From Leucoraja erinacea (lineage: Eukaryota): 64,000 nt of DNA. This document shows, piece after piece, positions 12,466 to 27,017 of the stretch (within the stretch, counting starts at the first letter, position 1; each line of letters opens with the position of its first letter). The notes beneath the pieces were generated by a model. It was not told the DNA's origin. It searched no databases and worked only from the letters and a program-made list of their open reading frames with translations. Location of the stretch: assembly GCF_028641065.1 (NCBI RefSeq), contig NC_073382.1:23312001-23376000 (forward strand), given 5' to 3'. Both the position numbers and the translations under genes were made by a program.

Positions 12466-15400
12466 ACAAAAAAACATTGGTTGCAACAATCGTTTTACTT
12501 TTCGTTGTCTGTTTAACTGCGGCAGTCAATCGAGCTGCAACTATTTCTTTTCATATCTGTCACGGACGGAGGTTTCCTTTGCATGTTTTCGGTCGACAAT
12601 AAGATCTGTCAGGGGTTGCAATGAATTTGCAAAAAGTGTGGATTCAGGAAGTATTGTTTCACGTCTTTCCCCTTGCCCTCGTTTGATTTTCCTCCTCAAT
12701 AATTCTTGTTTCTCGAAAGGGGAGGGAGGTGGGTGGAGATGTCCCTTCGCTTCATCTCTTGGTGATGCGGTTGGATTCTGGATACGGGCGTTGACTGCAG
12801 TGGACGGTTGCAGAGAGCAGTCGGTGGTGTAGGCGCCACCTGATTTCGGTTTCACCGGAGGCTGCTAATGATCTTGGGGGTCACTCACTTGTCAGTCAGA
12901 GATTTTTGCGCCTGGTTCGACCACTCCAGAACGGTTGGGAGATTCTAACATTCTCGCATTGTGGCAACTCTAACTGCCAGCGTGTCCTGAGCATAAACGA
13001 GCTTTCTACAAGGTCCGGAAGCAGTGGGAAGTCATTGGGTAAGAGTTGTTGCCATTCAGTATTTTATGGTGATTGCATTGTGCGTTGCAAAATATTATTT
13101 TCTGGAGAATTCCTCAGTCGTTGCAGGTATAGGTCCCAGGCAGGAATGACTCCTGTGTATACCGGCAGTATTGTAGCTGGTCAAATTGACCTGATACGAA
13201 GAAATAGGCATATTTTTCACAATGGCATTGGTGGCTCTTAAAGAATGTCCAAATCTCTTTACATCCAGTGGTGAACTATTTGAGTTGTCCCCTAAGATTT
13301 GCCAAACAACGGAGAGGGAGAGAGAGTAGCAGGCCCTCAGATTTAATATTGGGTTGGAAGATAGATCCTCTTGCTGTGCAGAGCTAATTGGTGCTGTACT
13401 GAAAGTTCTGCCTAACTGATTTACGGGGTACTGATTGTGGATGATCAGCCATGATCACAGTGAATGGCGGTGCTGGCTCAAAGGGCTGAATGGCCTACTC
13501 CTGCACCTATTGTCTAACTTTTTGTGTTAGAGTCTGTGGAATGAGTAGTGAACAAGCAACATTCTCTTGTGATCCCGCTGCAAAATGAGTGTCCGGCGAT
13601 GATTGTGTACATATGTGCATTGGTGTGTGAAGGATAACACATTCTCTGACTCACCCTGAGACTATACAATGTGGAGTATGTACCAGGGAAGGGCGAAGGA
13701 GTTTTTATTTCTGATTTGAGGTTGCTGAGAATCCCAGCTGGTTTCGCACTTGCTGTGCAGCATTGAAGCATTTGACTCCCTCCTCGCCCACACAGCGAGT
13801 CATTGAGACCAGAAAAAACTTCCCAGCACTTTGAAATTCGCTCTGAGCCACTGTACTGAAAATATGCCAACGACAGCTGGAAGATCTATAATCAGAAAAC
13901 TTAAATGTGTGGCCAATACCAAACTTTGTAACATCTTTTTGTTTCAAGGTTTGATGGAGTCAAAATTCATGGTATGTTTGCTCTTATCCAGCCATTGATC
14001 AGATTTTCCATTAGTCAGTTGATTTTCACTGGTGGGCGACAAAAATATTGCTAAGATATATTTGGCGTGATGTGGAGCTTTTACAGATGGAGGGGGAATG
14101 TGGCACTGATTTCTTCAATGGCAGCGAGGTTGTTGAATGTTTTCCTTGTGACTATATGAGCATCCACAACACCCCACCCATCTTTTCCGCTCTTCCCTCC
14201 CTTAACCAGTGTTCTCTCACTGTCGGGCTGTTACCCAATGGCCCTTTCTATTTCAGATATTTTTATCTGTTTTGGAAAATATTTGAACAACTGTCTGGGT
14301 GCGTAGAATTTACTCAACTTTATTTGACCTCACTAGGAATAAGTACACTTATTTCCTCGGCATGTGGTAAAAAGATGCAGTAGGTTCTCAGTAATTAACA
14401 TAGAAAAAGTAGATAACAGTCTTTGGGACTTTGCAGTTTCCAGGAGCATGCTGCGTGTAAGTTGTTGGCCACATTTCCAATAGTGTCCACAAACCATTAA
14501 CTGTAAAGTATTTTAAGATATTCAAAAACCTACATTTTTTTGTGTTACTTTAATCATTGTGATTTTTTTTTTGTTTAATTCACATGCTCAATATCATGGT
14601 TTGTTTAAGGGATCTTTAAGTACACTATTCACAAATAGCAAAATCTTCATAGCATTTCCAGTGTTTTGTAAGTTTGTTTAAAAAGTAGATGTTGATTGTA
14701 AGATTAGTAAGATTGTAAAATTAAGTTTCTCATTATAAAGTTTATGTATTCAAGTAGTTCACAATGTGTCAATTTAAAATATGTATAGAATAAGAAGCAG
14801 CTGGATTGGATTAGCGTTGAGTGTGCCATTAAATGTTTCTGGTATGCTGGATGGAGGTGGTTGCTAATTCCTGATACCAGTTTCAGATGACTCGCTACAA
14901 TTCTATCCCAAGCACGTGGTAGGGGTAGATTTGAAGCTGCCAAATGTTCATGAGCATGACGGATCCCTATAAAAGATATTTACCTATATTAAGCATGCTC
15001 ACTATTACCACCGGTACATCTGATGTTTTAATAAGAAGTACAATTAGGGTTTTGTGTTACTGTTAATTCATTGCCTTGAATTGTGTTAAATAAATCAGCA
15101 TTAATGCAATCTATTGCTAAGGTTTTTTCATTTCAGTTGGATGTGGTGGAAACATTTTACAGGATCGTTATTAGTTAACTGAATTCCGAGCAACAGTCTT
15201 GGACTACATCAACTTTTCTTTTAGCTCTTATACTGATGACACACGAATGTGCCTGGGTTGTTGAGAGGAGACATTGATTTTCTCATGGTTTGTGCAACTG
15301 AAATGCTTCAGGCTTATTTCGTGCGAAACTTGTCATATTCTGTTTTGATTTAGCTTTTATTTGTTTAGTTGCAAGTTCATCCTTGGCTTTTAACTTCGAG

Positions 15401-16679
15401 CTGGATGTTAATTGCAAAATATATGCATAGAACATCCACAAGACCCACAGAGGTTTGCTGACTGGATGTTCAGTTGAGGTGCTCCTGTCATAGAGAGTGA
15501 GGTTTTTTTTGGGGGGGGATGGACATATTAAGAGCTATTGCAGGTACTGGCTCTCTCACCTTACTTTGTGGGACAAGAGGAATTTCCATGCACATTAAGT
15601 CTAGTTCAAGTTGAGTTTATTGTTATAGGCACAAGTAGGTACAGGTACAATGAAAATCTGGCTTGCAGCAGCATCACAAGCACATACTCGGACAAACGGC
15701 CACATAAATCATACTTAAATTATGTAAAGTTCTGCAGACATCAAAAGAAAAAAAGCACGATATAAGTATAAAACACAATTTAAAAACAAGTACATGGTAG
15801 TGCAAGAGGTCGTCTTGCATATTTGACAGCCAATGTATAGTTAGTTGTAAGATACAAGATCAAGAGGAAACATCTTGATAGGAAAATCCAGTCAAGCCTG
15901 GGCATTAAATCCAGAACTACTGAACAGCTTATAAAATTAAGTAAATTCCACAATCAAGATAATATAAAGTAACATAAAGAAAATATTAGATACTGCAAGC
16001 AATAACAATCAAATGGCATCATATTATTAAAATATACTGTGGTTGGATATCGTCGCTCTGCACTCTAATGCTGTTACTTAGCTTTAACTAAATGTAACTT
16101 TAACTTGTGCATATTTCTTTGGAACTTAGAGACTGAAATTGACTTGCCTTCCCAGTCAGGCCAAGTAGCTCCAAACAATCTGCTTAAGGAACTCAGCAGG
16201 GTCGAACAGCATCTGGAGCAAAAGGGTCAAACCCCTACATCATGCTTCAGCCATTCTTTCCCCACCACAGATGCTGGTCAACCCACCGAGTTTCTCAAGC
16301 AGATTGTTGATCTGGATTCCAGCAACTGCAGCCCCTTGTGCCTCCATGCAGTGCTGTCAGCAGGTTCCTTGCCATCACTTAGATGTATGTAATTCACAGC
16401 TCTGCTAAAACACTTGATTAATATCTTCTGTATGATGAGTGTAAAAGAGACAATGAAAGCCAAGCAGAATAGAAAAAGACGGATGGAGCAAGGAGCATGT
16501 ATGACAATAACTGCCAATATTACTGAAAATCTAAATATATTCCATAGATATGCAAATAATAGAAGGGTTTAGGTGAAGGTGTAAAGCTCATGAAGGGATT
16601 GCATATTGTTATTGAGGGCATTATTCAGGTCTTGTACGAGGACTTTGCATGTATATTTATCTCTTTGGATACAGGGATA

Positions 16680-18070
16680 GTGTAGGAGCACTTGAGAGTG
16701 AAATGTTCTATCTTTGTTCAGAAAAGGAAGTAAGGATAAGTGTAGTAACTACACGCTAGTAAATTTGACTTCTATAGTGAGAAAGCTTTTACAAACACAT
16801 CTTCAGTCATTCACATTGAAGATAATGAACTACTCAATGCAAAAGCTTAGAATTGTTGTGTGCAAGTTGTCTTTAACCAATTTGATGGAATTCTTTGGTG
16901 AGTTAATGTAGAGAATTGATGAGCCGAATGCAATCAATGTCTTATACGTGGACTACCAGAGAGGTTTTGATAAAATGCCACATTAATGAATTATCAACAA
17001 AATTGAAGAACACATAAAAGGGCTATTAATAGCATGGGCGTAAAGTTGGCAAATACAACAGAGAGATGTGGTGAATGGTTCTTTCTTCAGCTGGAGGAAG
17101 TTCATTGAGTGACCATTGCTGGAACCGTCAGCAAGCCAAAGGAGATAGTGAATGTCAGCAAGACAAAGGAGATAGTGATCGACTTCAGGAAGCAAAGCGG
17201 TACCACATACCCCAGTTTGCAATGACAGTGCCGGAGTAGAGATGGTGGAAAACTTCAAATTCCTCGGAGTCAATATCATCAACAACTTCTGGACCACCCA
17301 AGTTGAAGCAACAATAGACAATAGGTGCAGGAGTAGGCCATTCGGCCCTTCGAGCCAGCACCGCCATTCAATGTGATCATGGCTGATCATCCCCAATCAG
17401 TACCCCGTTCCTCACTTCTCCCCATATCCCCTGACCGCTATTTTTAAGAGCCCTATCTAGCTCTCTCTTGAAAGCATCCAGAGAGCCCGCCTCCACCACC
17501 CTCTGAGGCAGAGAATTCCACAGACGACCAATGACCAACAAGGCACACCAACGCCTCTACTTCGTTAGAAGGCTTGGAAGTTTGGCATGTCCCCTACAAC
17601 TCTCACTTTCGACAGATGCACCATAGAAAGCATTTTATCAGGATACATCACAGCTTGGTCTGGGAACAGCTCCATCCAGGACCATAAGAAATTGCAGCGA
17701 ATTGTGGACACAGCCCAGGCCATCACACAAACCAACCTTCTATTGATTCCATTTATACCTTGCGCTGCCTCAGCATGGCCTGCAGCATAATCAAGGACGA
17801 GTCGCATACTGGCCATTCCCTCTTCTCCCCTTTCCAATCAGGCAAAAGGTATAGAATCGTGAAAATACACGAGAACCAGGTTCAGGGGCAGTTTCTCCCC
17901 CCCCCCCCCCCCCAGCTGTTAACAGGCAACTGATTCACCCTACCACAACCAGAGAGCAGTGCAAACTAATATCTACCTCTGCTGTCGCTCGGACTATCCT
18001 TGACCAGACTTTGCTGGCTTTACCGTGCATTAAATGTTATTCCCTTATTATGTATCTATACACTGTAAAT
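16680..18070 (+). mobile_element. Composite of degraded CR1, Rex1/Babar-like LINE and a nested antisense CR1 tail (~17311-17525)
   Basis: KGSKDKCSNYTLVNLTS...LTNLMEFF (CR1), then FKFLGVNI and RCTIESILSGYITAW (Rex1/Babar-type). Confidence 0.7.
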
Positions 18071-21000
18071 AGATAGGAAATGTGAGGAAAGACAATACAG
18101 AAGAAAGGATACTGTTCTTACTGTGGTGCAAGAACAGAGGATTGTGGGGGCCAAGGGTTCACAAATCATTGAAAATACAGGGCAGTTTGAGAAAGTGGGT
18201 ATTGGTACACACAATTCTATTCTTTATCAGTGGAGGCTTTTATCTTGGTGGCTAATGGAGGCTATATCCACAATATAGTGGATAAAGGTGAGTGAGGGGG
18301 CTGGGAGGGGGGGGGGTTGCTGAACCATTACAAAATTCTTTAATTCAGCTTGCTATACTGCATCCATCTCCTGCAACTCCCATGTATGTTGGCAAGTGCA
18401 GAATTTTTATCCATTTTCATATTCACCTAACAATAGGAATGTTCTCTCATTCCTCAGCCTCTTCAATAGAATTGGACACAGTTGCAGTAATGTGTACTGC
18501 CTTTTTTCTCAGTCACAATTTCTTCCTTCAGTATTGCGCTTCAGTATTGCGCTATCTTAGCTTTCACTTTCCCCTGGACCGGCCCTACACTGAACATAAG
18601 ACCTGCAATGTGATTTGACCTAGATACTTACAATTGGGTTGTACTCCAGGAAACATCAACTTCCTAATACATCATGCTTAAAACAAAGGCAGAGTTAGTC
18701 ATGAGTCACCGGCCCTCCTACACATATGAACTTATGCAGCAGTTCTTCCAGTTTATACTTTTTTTGTCACTTTGCCAAATTCTGGACTGAAAGTGATAAT
18801 GAAGGGATTTATGATAATGGACATTTCATGAAGTCTTACAGGAAGGAAACAAGCCCTTGGACCCAACTTGCCCACAGCGGCCAATAGGCCTCATCTACAC
18901 TAGTCCCACCTGCATGTGTTTGCCCCATATCCCTTTAAACCTGTCCTATCCATGTACCTGTCTAAATGTTTTTTAAAAGTGCAATAGCACCTGCCTCAGC
19001 TACCACCTCCGGCATCATCCTTTGTGTGAAAATATGGGCATGTTTTTGGAGGAGATGTGTTAAGAAAGAAGAGGGGAGGAACTTAATAAAAATAAAACAT
19101 TTAACGATTTTCCTATCTGATATCTTGTGTGTAATTAAGGTGGATAACCAGCCACATTTGGTTATCACATGTCCATAGTCTGTGGTTCCAAAATGAAACT
19201 TTAAAAGGCCATTCATTACTGGCCAGAATATTCCCAGTATATATTTCTTGCCATCTCCGCACATGTCCCACACGGAAACCTTCACTTCCAATTCTTCTAA
19301 GAATATTTAAATACACCCTGGGGGGAAAAAAATCAGGCATGCTCGATCTTGGAGCGAACAATAATGTACAAGAGGCTATACTTTCAAACACTTTGGAAGT
19401 TCCGGGCTGGAAGAGGTTACAGAAATGGGAAGATGTGGACCATGGGAGGATTTGAGGGCCAGGCACATTTTTGTTTGCACTACTAAGCTTACTGCTACTC
19501 TGAGCCATATCAAGGTTCCTGAAACCAAGCCTCTGATCCAACTAAAGTTTTGTTTATTAACGTAAACACAAGCTGGCCAAGTAACAGATTGGGTAGCTTG
19601 GTTTGCCTTTGAATCAGGAAATGTACATTAAAAACAAAGTATGGATTATACACCTAGGGTTTAAAATTGTGTGGGAGGAAGGATTAGGGGAGGAAAGTTA
19701 TCTGGAAGTTTTGAGTTTCCTCGAAAGATTAAGTTAAAGAGCCTGATTATTGGTTCATAGTTTCTGTAACCTAAGCTGAAGAGAGCAGGAAGAAGGCACC
19801 ACAGAAAGAAAACCACAGGATTACCGGTTCCAACAGAGTTGATGTTAGTCAAGAAAGATAACAATCAAGAAGTGAATTAGAGACATGGGGTTGCCATCAA
19901 GAAATTAACCTTTTCTTATGGAGGAAGGGTGTGCAAGACCATTTCTGAATAAAATATTTTAAGCCTCGATCTAATTTATGTTGTCGATTTAACCTTGATT
20001 CCAGAGGCCCTCTCTCCATGAGGTGATTTCTGGCATTGATGGGTTAAATTGGTTTAACAATGGACATGGAGACTTTGTCACACTGCACGGTGGAAAACTG
20101 ATTCATTAATAACAACATCTGGTTTTAAGATAGATAATATACACATAGATTAGCATGAAGAGCTGGTGTCTCAGACCTTGGAGCATGTTGTCCATTTAAG
20201 AAGATCAAAGCTGGATATTCCAGGAAAGTGTACAACCTGAGGAGAAAATGAAACTTATGTTTAGCCTCATAGCTGAAAAGTTTCAGATTAGATGAGAGAA
20301 GTGATGAGTGATCAAGAATGTTGACCAATGAACAGGTATGTTGACGGGTGAATGTTAGACTTTCTACATAATGATAATATTCACGATTCTCTAAAATACA
20401 TGATCAGGAATAAAGTTAATTTTGTTTGCTTTGAATTAAACACGGGAAATACTTATCTGCTGGCTCAGTTACTGGTGGAATTCCGTGTGTAGTATGTCAG
20501 GAATAAGCACTGCAACTTATTGACTTTCCAATGACCAACAGATTTAGCAGAGGTTATTCACACAATTGCGTGAAAAAATGACTGACTGATGACTTAGCAA
20601 AGACAAACTGGAGTAACTAAAAAGATTGGCTCGATGATAATGGATCCTAGTGAGGGAATGGTTTTATAAATGGAATCCATGTGTTTGCTCACTATGCGGT
20701 TCTTGCTGCCTTCTCTGAGGTGTTGCACTCCGTTCCAGTTTAAACAAACAAGCTTAAATTTTTTTTTCTGAAGATGATTATATCCTGAATGATTTTCACG
20801 ATTATCATTCTTTTACACATGCAACAATTGTTGAATGGGAGAATTGTTTACACGGGCAAATGTGCCTGTTAAGTACACAGCCAGTGTTTGTGCAATGTTA
20901 GTAATAAATGGTGTGCCTGCAGCATGGTGCCGAAGATTCATTTGCATCCGAATGTAGATCACACCTGTTGCATATCTGCTATTAGTGATTACATGAGCAA

Positions 21001-21872
21001 ATAGGGGTTCTTCCACGCACCTACACTGAGAGAACTAATTTAAAATACATTGTCTTTTTGTATCCATTTGCAATGAAACATCTGTATAATGCTGAGCTGG
21101 CAACATTACAGGGGATTAATACTTCTGACATTATAGCAGATTATAATGGGGTTTTATTAATTTATCTAACTTTTCTTAAAACTATCAATCTCACTTCCAG
21201 GACCTGGGATCTCACACTCAACTTTTCATCAGCCTGACACCCTGGTATATAATGAGCTGATGCCTCATGAATAACTTTCCTTGCCTCATCTGTAAACAGA
21301 CAGCGTTCTACAATTTTTGTTTTGCATTGTATAGAAACTTTTCTCACCTATGAAATGGAATTCTGCAATAATAAACCCTCTGTACTTAAACCAGTGTGAT
21401 TTGAATAATACTTTTCTGCAACTGATTAGTCATAGTCTCCTGGATGGTTGGATGAGTAAATATCAAATTCCCCAATGTTGTTATTTCACTATTTATTCTT
21501 GGATGAAAGTGATATGGGTAAATGAGCAATCCGTGTAGCTGCTAAACATAGGCAAATCCTGAGATTGCAAACAGTTTTAAAATATTTTTTCGTGTTATTG
21601 ATTTAAGAACATCATTCATGGGTAGGAAAGGTTTAACGGAACCGGGGTCAAACATGGGCAAATGGGATTAGCTTAAATAGGGTATTTTGGTTGTCATGAA
21701 AAATCAGGGTTAAAGGGGCCTGTTTCCCTGCTGTATGACTGCAATATTTCTGATTTTGAAATTTGTCAAAATTGAAGTAATTTTTTAAATCATGTCTACA
21801 TCTGTGCTTTCCTTTATCTCACTCACTTTATATACATTCTTTCTGACTTACATTCTTGTTCTGACTGCCTTA

Positions 21873-22190
21873 TGGGCCTGTCCCACATAGACAATTTTTT
21901 TTTAGGCAACTACAGGCGACTAGTTTGTCGCCACATGTTCGCCGGGAGTAGTCTCCACAGTCGCGCAAAAAATCGTAGCATCTTTCTGGTCGCCGCTAAA
22001 TTTTCAATGCGTTGAACATTTTTCGGCGACAGTGTGCTTGATGCCAATGAGCGTAGCTTGACTTCTCCTGACGTAGGTGCAGTCGTAGGTTGTCGCCAAG
22101 ATGACGTAGGTTGTCGCCGGTTTTTCAGCAACCTGCTATGACTATGACAGTCGCCGGCAGTTGCCTAAAAAATCAAGTGGGACAGGCCCA
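21873..22190. mobile_element. MITE, PIF/Harbinger-like
   Basis: Terminal inverted repeat CTTATGGGCCTGTCCCAC (21869-21886) / GTGGGACAGGCCCATAAG (22177-22194), subterminal inverted motifs TTTTAGGCAACT/AGTTGCCTAAAA, TTA/TAA flanks, no ORF. Confidence 0.8.
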
Positions 22191-23161
22191 TAAGTCTCAT
22201 TCCAGATGTTATACAAAGTGTTTTTTTAAACAATTGAGCAAAACACATTGAACACAATTTTGACTACATTTTCAGTTATTTAATCAACAAAAAGAAAGCA
22301 GCTTAGAGAATAAGAAGGCAAGTGACTCTGACTCTAAGATTTAAAATATACTTTTGAAGCTTGTGAAGAACTGCAGCCAAATGTTCCCTGGTGACCCACA
22401 AGTTTACAAACCTTTAGCACATTCATCTTTTTAAATTATTCTTTCATTGTTTTTGTTCCTGCAACTGTATCAGTTTCATTAAACATTAACTTTTATAATG
22501 CCGTATCATTTAAAATTCAGTTCATTGCATGCTTAAATATCTGCACCTGGAGAGATAAACTTTATACTCCAATCGGAATTGTTTGCTGAAGTTGACATTA
22601 AACCCACTTTATCTCAGCTGTAATTTATGGGAAAAGGTTAGAGAGGTGAGTAATCTAAACACAATATTTTTAATGTTCCTTTATGTTAATTAATCTTTAT
22701 AAAACAGTTTCTGTAAAATAAGATGAATAGATAGATAAAGTTTAAACTTCTGCACGGAATGTCCTCTAGTTACCTTTTATATAACATTTGAACATTATTG
22801 AAACAAGGTGAACTTTGTATTTTACAAAATAGTCTAGGAGAGAAAATTAGCTTTGTTAATTAATTCGGTTGTAACTGCATCTCCAATCAAATAGCAATTT
22901 TACAGTTTTTTTTAATAACGTACATTATAACTTAATTTAGCTTGAAAAATCAAAGAATTTCATCCCAACTATGTTTCAGTAAGTCATTATCATATAAAAG
23001 TCATAATATAAAAGTTTTTTTGTGTGTAAAATTCATGAATGCTGATATGCCAGCTTGAATGTGTTTGCCTTGTGCCATACATATTCAGCTAAATTATAAA
23101 TTTGCAATACACAGTTTAGATTTTTTTATGATCCAATGTAATACTATTATTTGTAAATGGT

Positions 23162-23476
23162 AAATTGGAGGAGCAGCACCTCCTATTTCGTTTGGGTAGT
23201 TTACTCCCCAGCGGTATGAACATTGACCTCCAATTTCAGGTAGTCCCTGCTTTCTCCTTCTTTCCCATTCCCTTCCCAGCTCTCCCACAGCTCACTGTCT
23301 CCGTCTCTTTCTTTCTTCTTCCTGCCCCCCCCCCCCCCACCACCCTCACATCAGTCTGAAGAAGGGTCTCGACCCAAAACGTTGCCTATTTCCTTCGCTC
23401 CATAGATGCTGCCTCATCTGCTGAGTTTCTCCAGCATTTTTGTCTACCTTTGATTTTCCATCATCTGCAATTAAAC
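23162..23476 (+). mobile_element. 5'-truncated Penelope-like element with 13-bp TSD
   Basis: LEEQHLLFRLGSLLPSGMN plus terminal repeat. Flanked by ATTTGTAAATGGT at 23149-23161 and 23477-23489. Confidence 0.85.
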
Positions 23477-23670
23477 ATTTGTAAATGGTGATGTAATTTT
23501 GTAAATTTTCGATGCGCCTTGTTTTTGGAGTTTAACATCGATTTCACTAAATGCACATAATCAACGTTTAGGCATTATTTGTCATTCTTCAGACCCAAGT
23601 ACACAAAATTCAGTTGGCTATTATTGAAAATAGTTTTATATAGAGTAGGGTTGATTACCTGTTTTCCTTA

Positions 23671-23796
23671 TGTTTAAGAAGGAACTGCAGATGCTGGAAA
23701 AATCGAAGGAATAGGTGACAAAGGAATAGAAACGTCACTTATTCCTTTGCTCCATAGATGCTACCTCACCCGCTGAGTTTCTCCAGCATTTTTATC
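23671..23796. mobile_element. Mini Penelope-terminal-repeat insertion (inverted halves) with 15-bp TSD
   Basis: TACCTGTTTTCCTTA at 23656-23670 and 23797-23811. Confidence 0.75.
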
Positions 23797-26155
23797 TACC
23801 TGTTTTCCTTAAAGCCTTTTTGTATTTTACGAACAAGTTCAAATTCAGTTGTCATTTACTTACCGTAGTTAATTTACTTTAATTTATTTACTTTAGTTAA
23901 TTCAATGTCATTCACTTAAGCACGTAATAGGTTGATATATTGATGGGAGTTGAAGTTTAAGAGATGTTTCCAGTCAAGAGTATAGCACACATTTATATCA
24001 AACTACACCTGCTATGCAGGAATTGTTTCCTTTTCATTCAAAGGGATTTACATTCAGAAATATCATGTTATTTTGCTGATGGGCAATCCTAGATCCAAAA
24101 TTATTCTTCCTAAATGCACTTTGTATGATCAAATCATCATGTTTTGTTTGTGCTTCAAAAAACAAAACCCAAGTCCTCATTTCCAAAAATGTAAAAACAG
24201 CCTCTAAATAAAATATGACTTTTATACCAGGCCATGGAATATTCTGCCCTTTAGAATCCATACCACAGTTGCTATGAAGGACTGATTTTTGTAACCTGAC
24301 CCCTAAAACTGGGAAATGCTTTGCTGTCTAAATCCTGTTCTAAGCTACCTGGACAACGGCTCACAATTGGGTCTAATGGAGCTCCACAATGTCTAAAGTC
24401 TGTTGGTTTTTCAGGCTGTTGGTTTTTCTGCAATTCGTGTCTTTTTTTTGTTGATATACCTCCAGGATAGCTTACCTGAGAATTAATGTTTGCACGCTAG
24501 GGATTTGTAGGCAAGAGTTTATTGTTTCCATTCAGAACCATTGCCTCTGTATCACATAACACCCCAGCGTTGATGGGCTATGTTTGTGCTTCAGGAATCA
24601 ATTAATTAGATTGAGACCTGAAGTCCATGCTTGCCAAAAGTCACCTGAAAACTATCCACATTTTGTACCAGAATTCCCAAACTTGAATGGAGATAATTGT
24701 CTGATCTAAACAAATAACCTAGGAAAAGCATTGGTGCAAGATCACCGCAGAGTCTGGCCAGGAAACCAATTATATCAGTTATTTGCTGATTGTGATTTTC
24801 TGGCTGACATTTAAGTAGACCAGCTGATAATGAGCAAGTCATAGCTCTGTTGAAGTCGGTCACATTTGTTCATCTCTTTGGAACATGGTGGACATTGGGA
24901 CACTGTTCCTTTCTTGACTGGAAAGGAAAGGGATTAATTTCTTTAGAATCCATTCGATCTTTTGGAATGTCCTATTTTGATAAATGGCAGTGCTGATAAA
25001 GTGGAAAGAATGGCAGGCATTTATAAATAGAAAATCCCCACAGTGTGTTTACCTGGAGTTTAGTGCTTGTTCTTGGGGCAGGGCATGAAAGTACAAGCCT
25101 TTTGATGAAGGAAAATAATGTATAGCAAACTGAGCCATGCTCATGTACTCCTGGTATCCACATTTTATTTGGCGTTTACTTTGTTTTGAGTCTTTAGCAG
25201 TGTGAGATCATTGATTTTATTTCATTCTGAGAGAATAGTTTTGTCATCTTACTGTTTTTAACAAGAGAATCTGCTGCCTGTGTGCTGACTCGCTGACAAA
25301 CAGATAATCTTGACCTGAAACGTCACGCATCTATCCTTCTATCCAGAGATGCTGCCTGTCCTGCTGAGTTACTCCAGCATTTTGTGTCTATCTTCGGTTT
25401 AAACCAACATCTGCAGTTCCTTCCTATAACAGTAGAAGATGTTTGCAGATTACAGAGAGGAGAGGAAGTTGACTTGGAAAAACTATTTTCCAAAAAACTG
25501 AGAATGGTGTGAAAGCGACAGATCAAAGCAGACGATGGTCAAGGAAATACAGAATGATTCATTGTTGGCTGCGCCTTAGCCATCAAACCTCTTTGATCTG
25601 TCTCTTTCACACCTTGACCTTCCATATCTCTAGTTTCCCTCCCCCCTGATTCTCAGTCTGAAGAAAGGTCTCAACCCGAAACGTCACCCATTTCTTCTCC
25701 CCATAGATGCTTCCTGTCCCACTGAATTACTCCAGCACATTGTGTGTTCATGCATGATGTGCTTGTACTGGATCATCTCTGCAAGGATTCTTCATTAGTA
25801 TTTTCCAAACCTATAGCACCCATTATCCAGAAGGTTAATGGAAGCAAATTATTTCTCGAGTCTCGCAGCATCCAGTTTGGGGAAATGTATTTCCTTTCCT
25901 TCATTGTCAAATATGCCTATGAAACAGTATTAATTAGCGTACATTCACCGTTAAGATTACAACGGTTCAAAAACTGCTAATTTTACCTATTAAAAATAAA
26001 CTTCAAACGTTGGCCTTGCCGATGCCATGCATGAAGTGATATGGTTGGGTTCATGTTGGCAATTTTTCAGTGTGGCCATGATGTTTTTGTAAGTGTTTTT
26101 ATCTTCTCTTTTATTTGCTCCATGTATTAATTGCTGCCATTTGCTTCTTGTACAG

Positions 26156-27017
26156 ACACGGTGCGAGATGGAGAAGTATCTGTCACCCCAGCTGCTACCT
26201 ATCCCTGAGCTGAAGAAGTACAGACGGGACAGTGCCTCCGTGGTGGATGAGTTCTTCCAGGATGAAAAGCCATCACCGTACAGCGTCAATATCAACATGA
26301 TTCTGCCCGATGTTACTTACCTCCGCACGGGTCTTTATAAGCCACAAAGACCACCCATGGCTCAGCCCCATTCGGAAGATGTTAATGCTTTCACCCAAGC
26401 AGGCAGAACACTTAGCACCCGGGCCCTGCCGGAGTTCACTAGTGTGTTTAACACCACACAGTCTACAGATGTCAACACTGCGTACATTAAGCAGGAGCTA
26501 CCCACTCCTGAAATGCACTTGCCTGCAAGCTCTCAACAAGGTCAGCTGTACCAGTTACTGAGTTCCCCAGACTTGGTCAGCATCCGTGGCAACACTCCTC
26601 ATACACAAGGCAACGCATCATGTATGGGCAACTTTACCAATGGTTCAGTAGCATCAGGCATGACTGGCATGAACACTCTGGCAACTGGGCATCCTCAGAC
26701 GGTATTGAAGCACTTCCATTCTATCTCAGCGTTTTCCATGGCAACGCAGTTCTTCCAGCAACAGCCCACGTATCTGCCCCCATCACCTCCAAATTCTGAG
26801 CCTGGGAGTCCCGACAGGCAACCAGAACTGTTGCAAACCATGACGCCACCTCCGTCATATGCCGCTTCGATTGCATGCAAGTTGGGGTCACCCTCTCCCA
26901 CCCACACCCTCCCAGCAAACCTGCCAGTGACGCAACATAACATCTCACCAGCTAAGTTCAACCGGAGAAATAATCCAGAGCTGGAGAAGAGAAGAATTCA
27001 TCACTGTGACTTTCCAG
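26156..27017 (+). CDS. KLF5: KLF5-like coding exon 2 (transactivation domain to start of zinc finger 1)
   Basis: Acceptor ttcttgtacAG|ACA. Encodes TRCEMEKYLSPQL...KKYRRDSASVVDEFF...LRTGLYK...IKQELP...PPSPPNSEPGSPDRQ...TPPPSYAA...NPELEKRRIHHCDFP. Donor CCAG|GTATGT. Confidence 0.97.
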
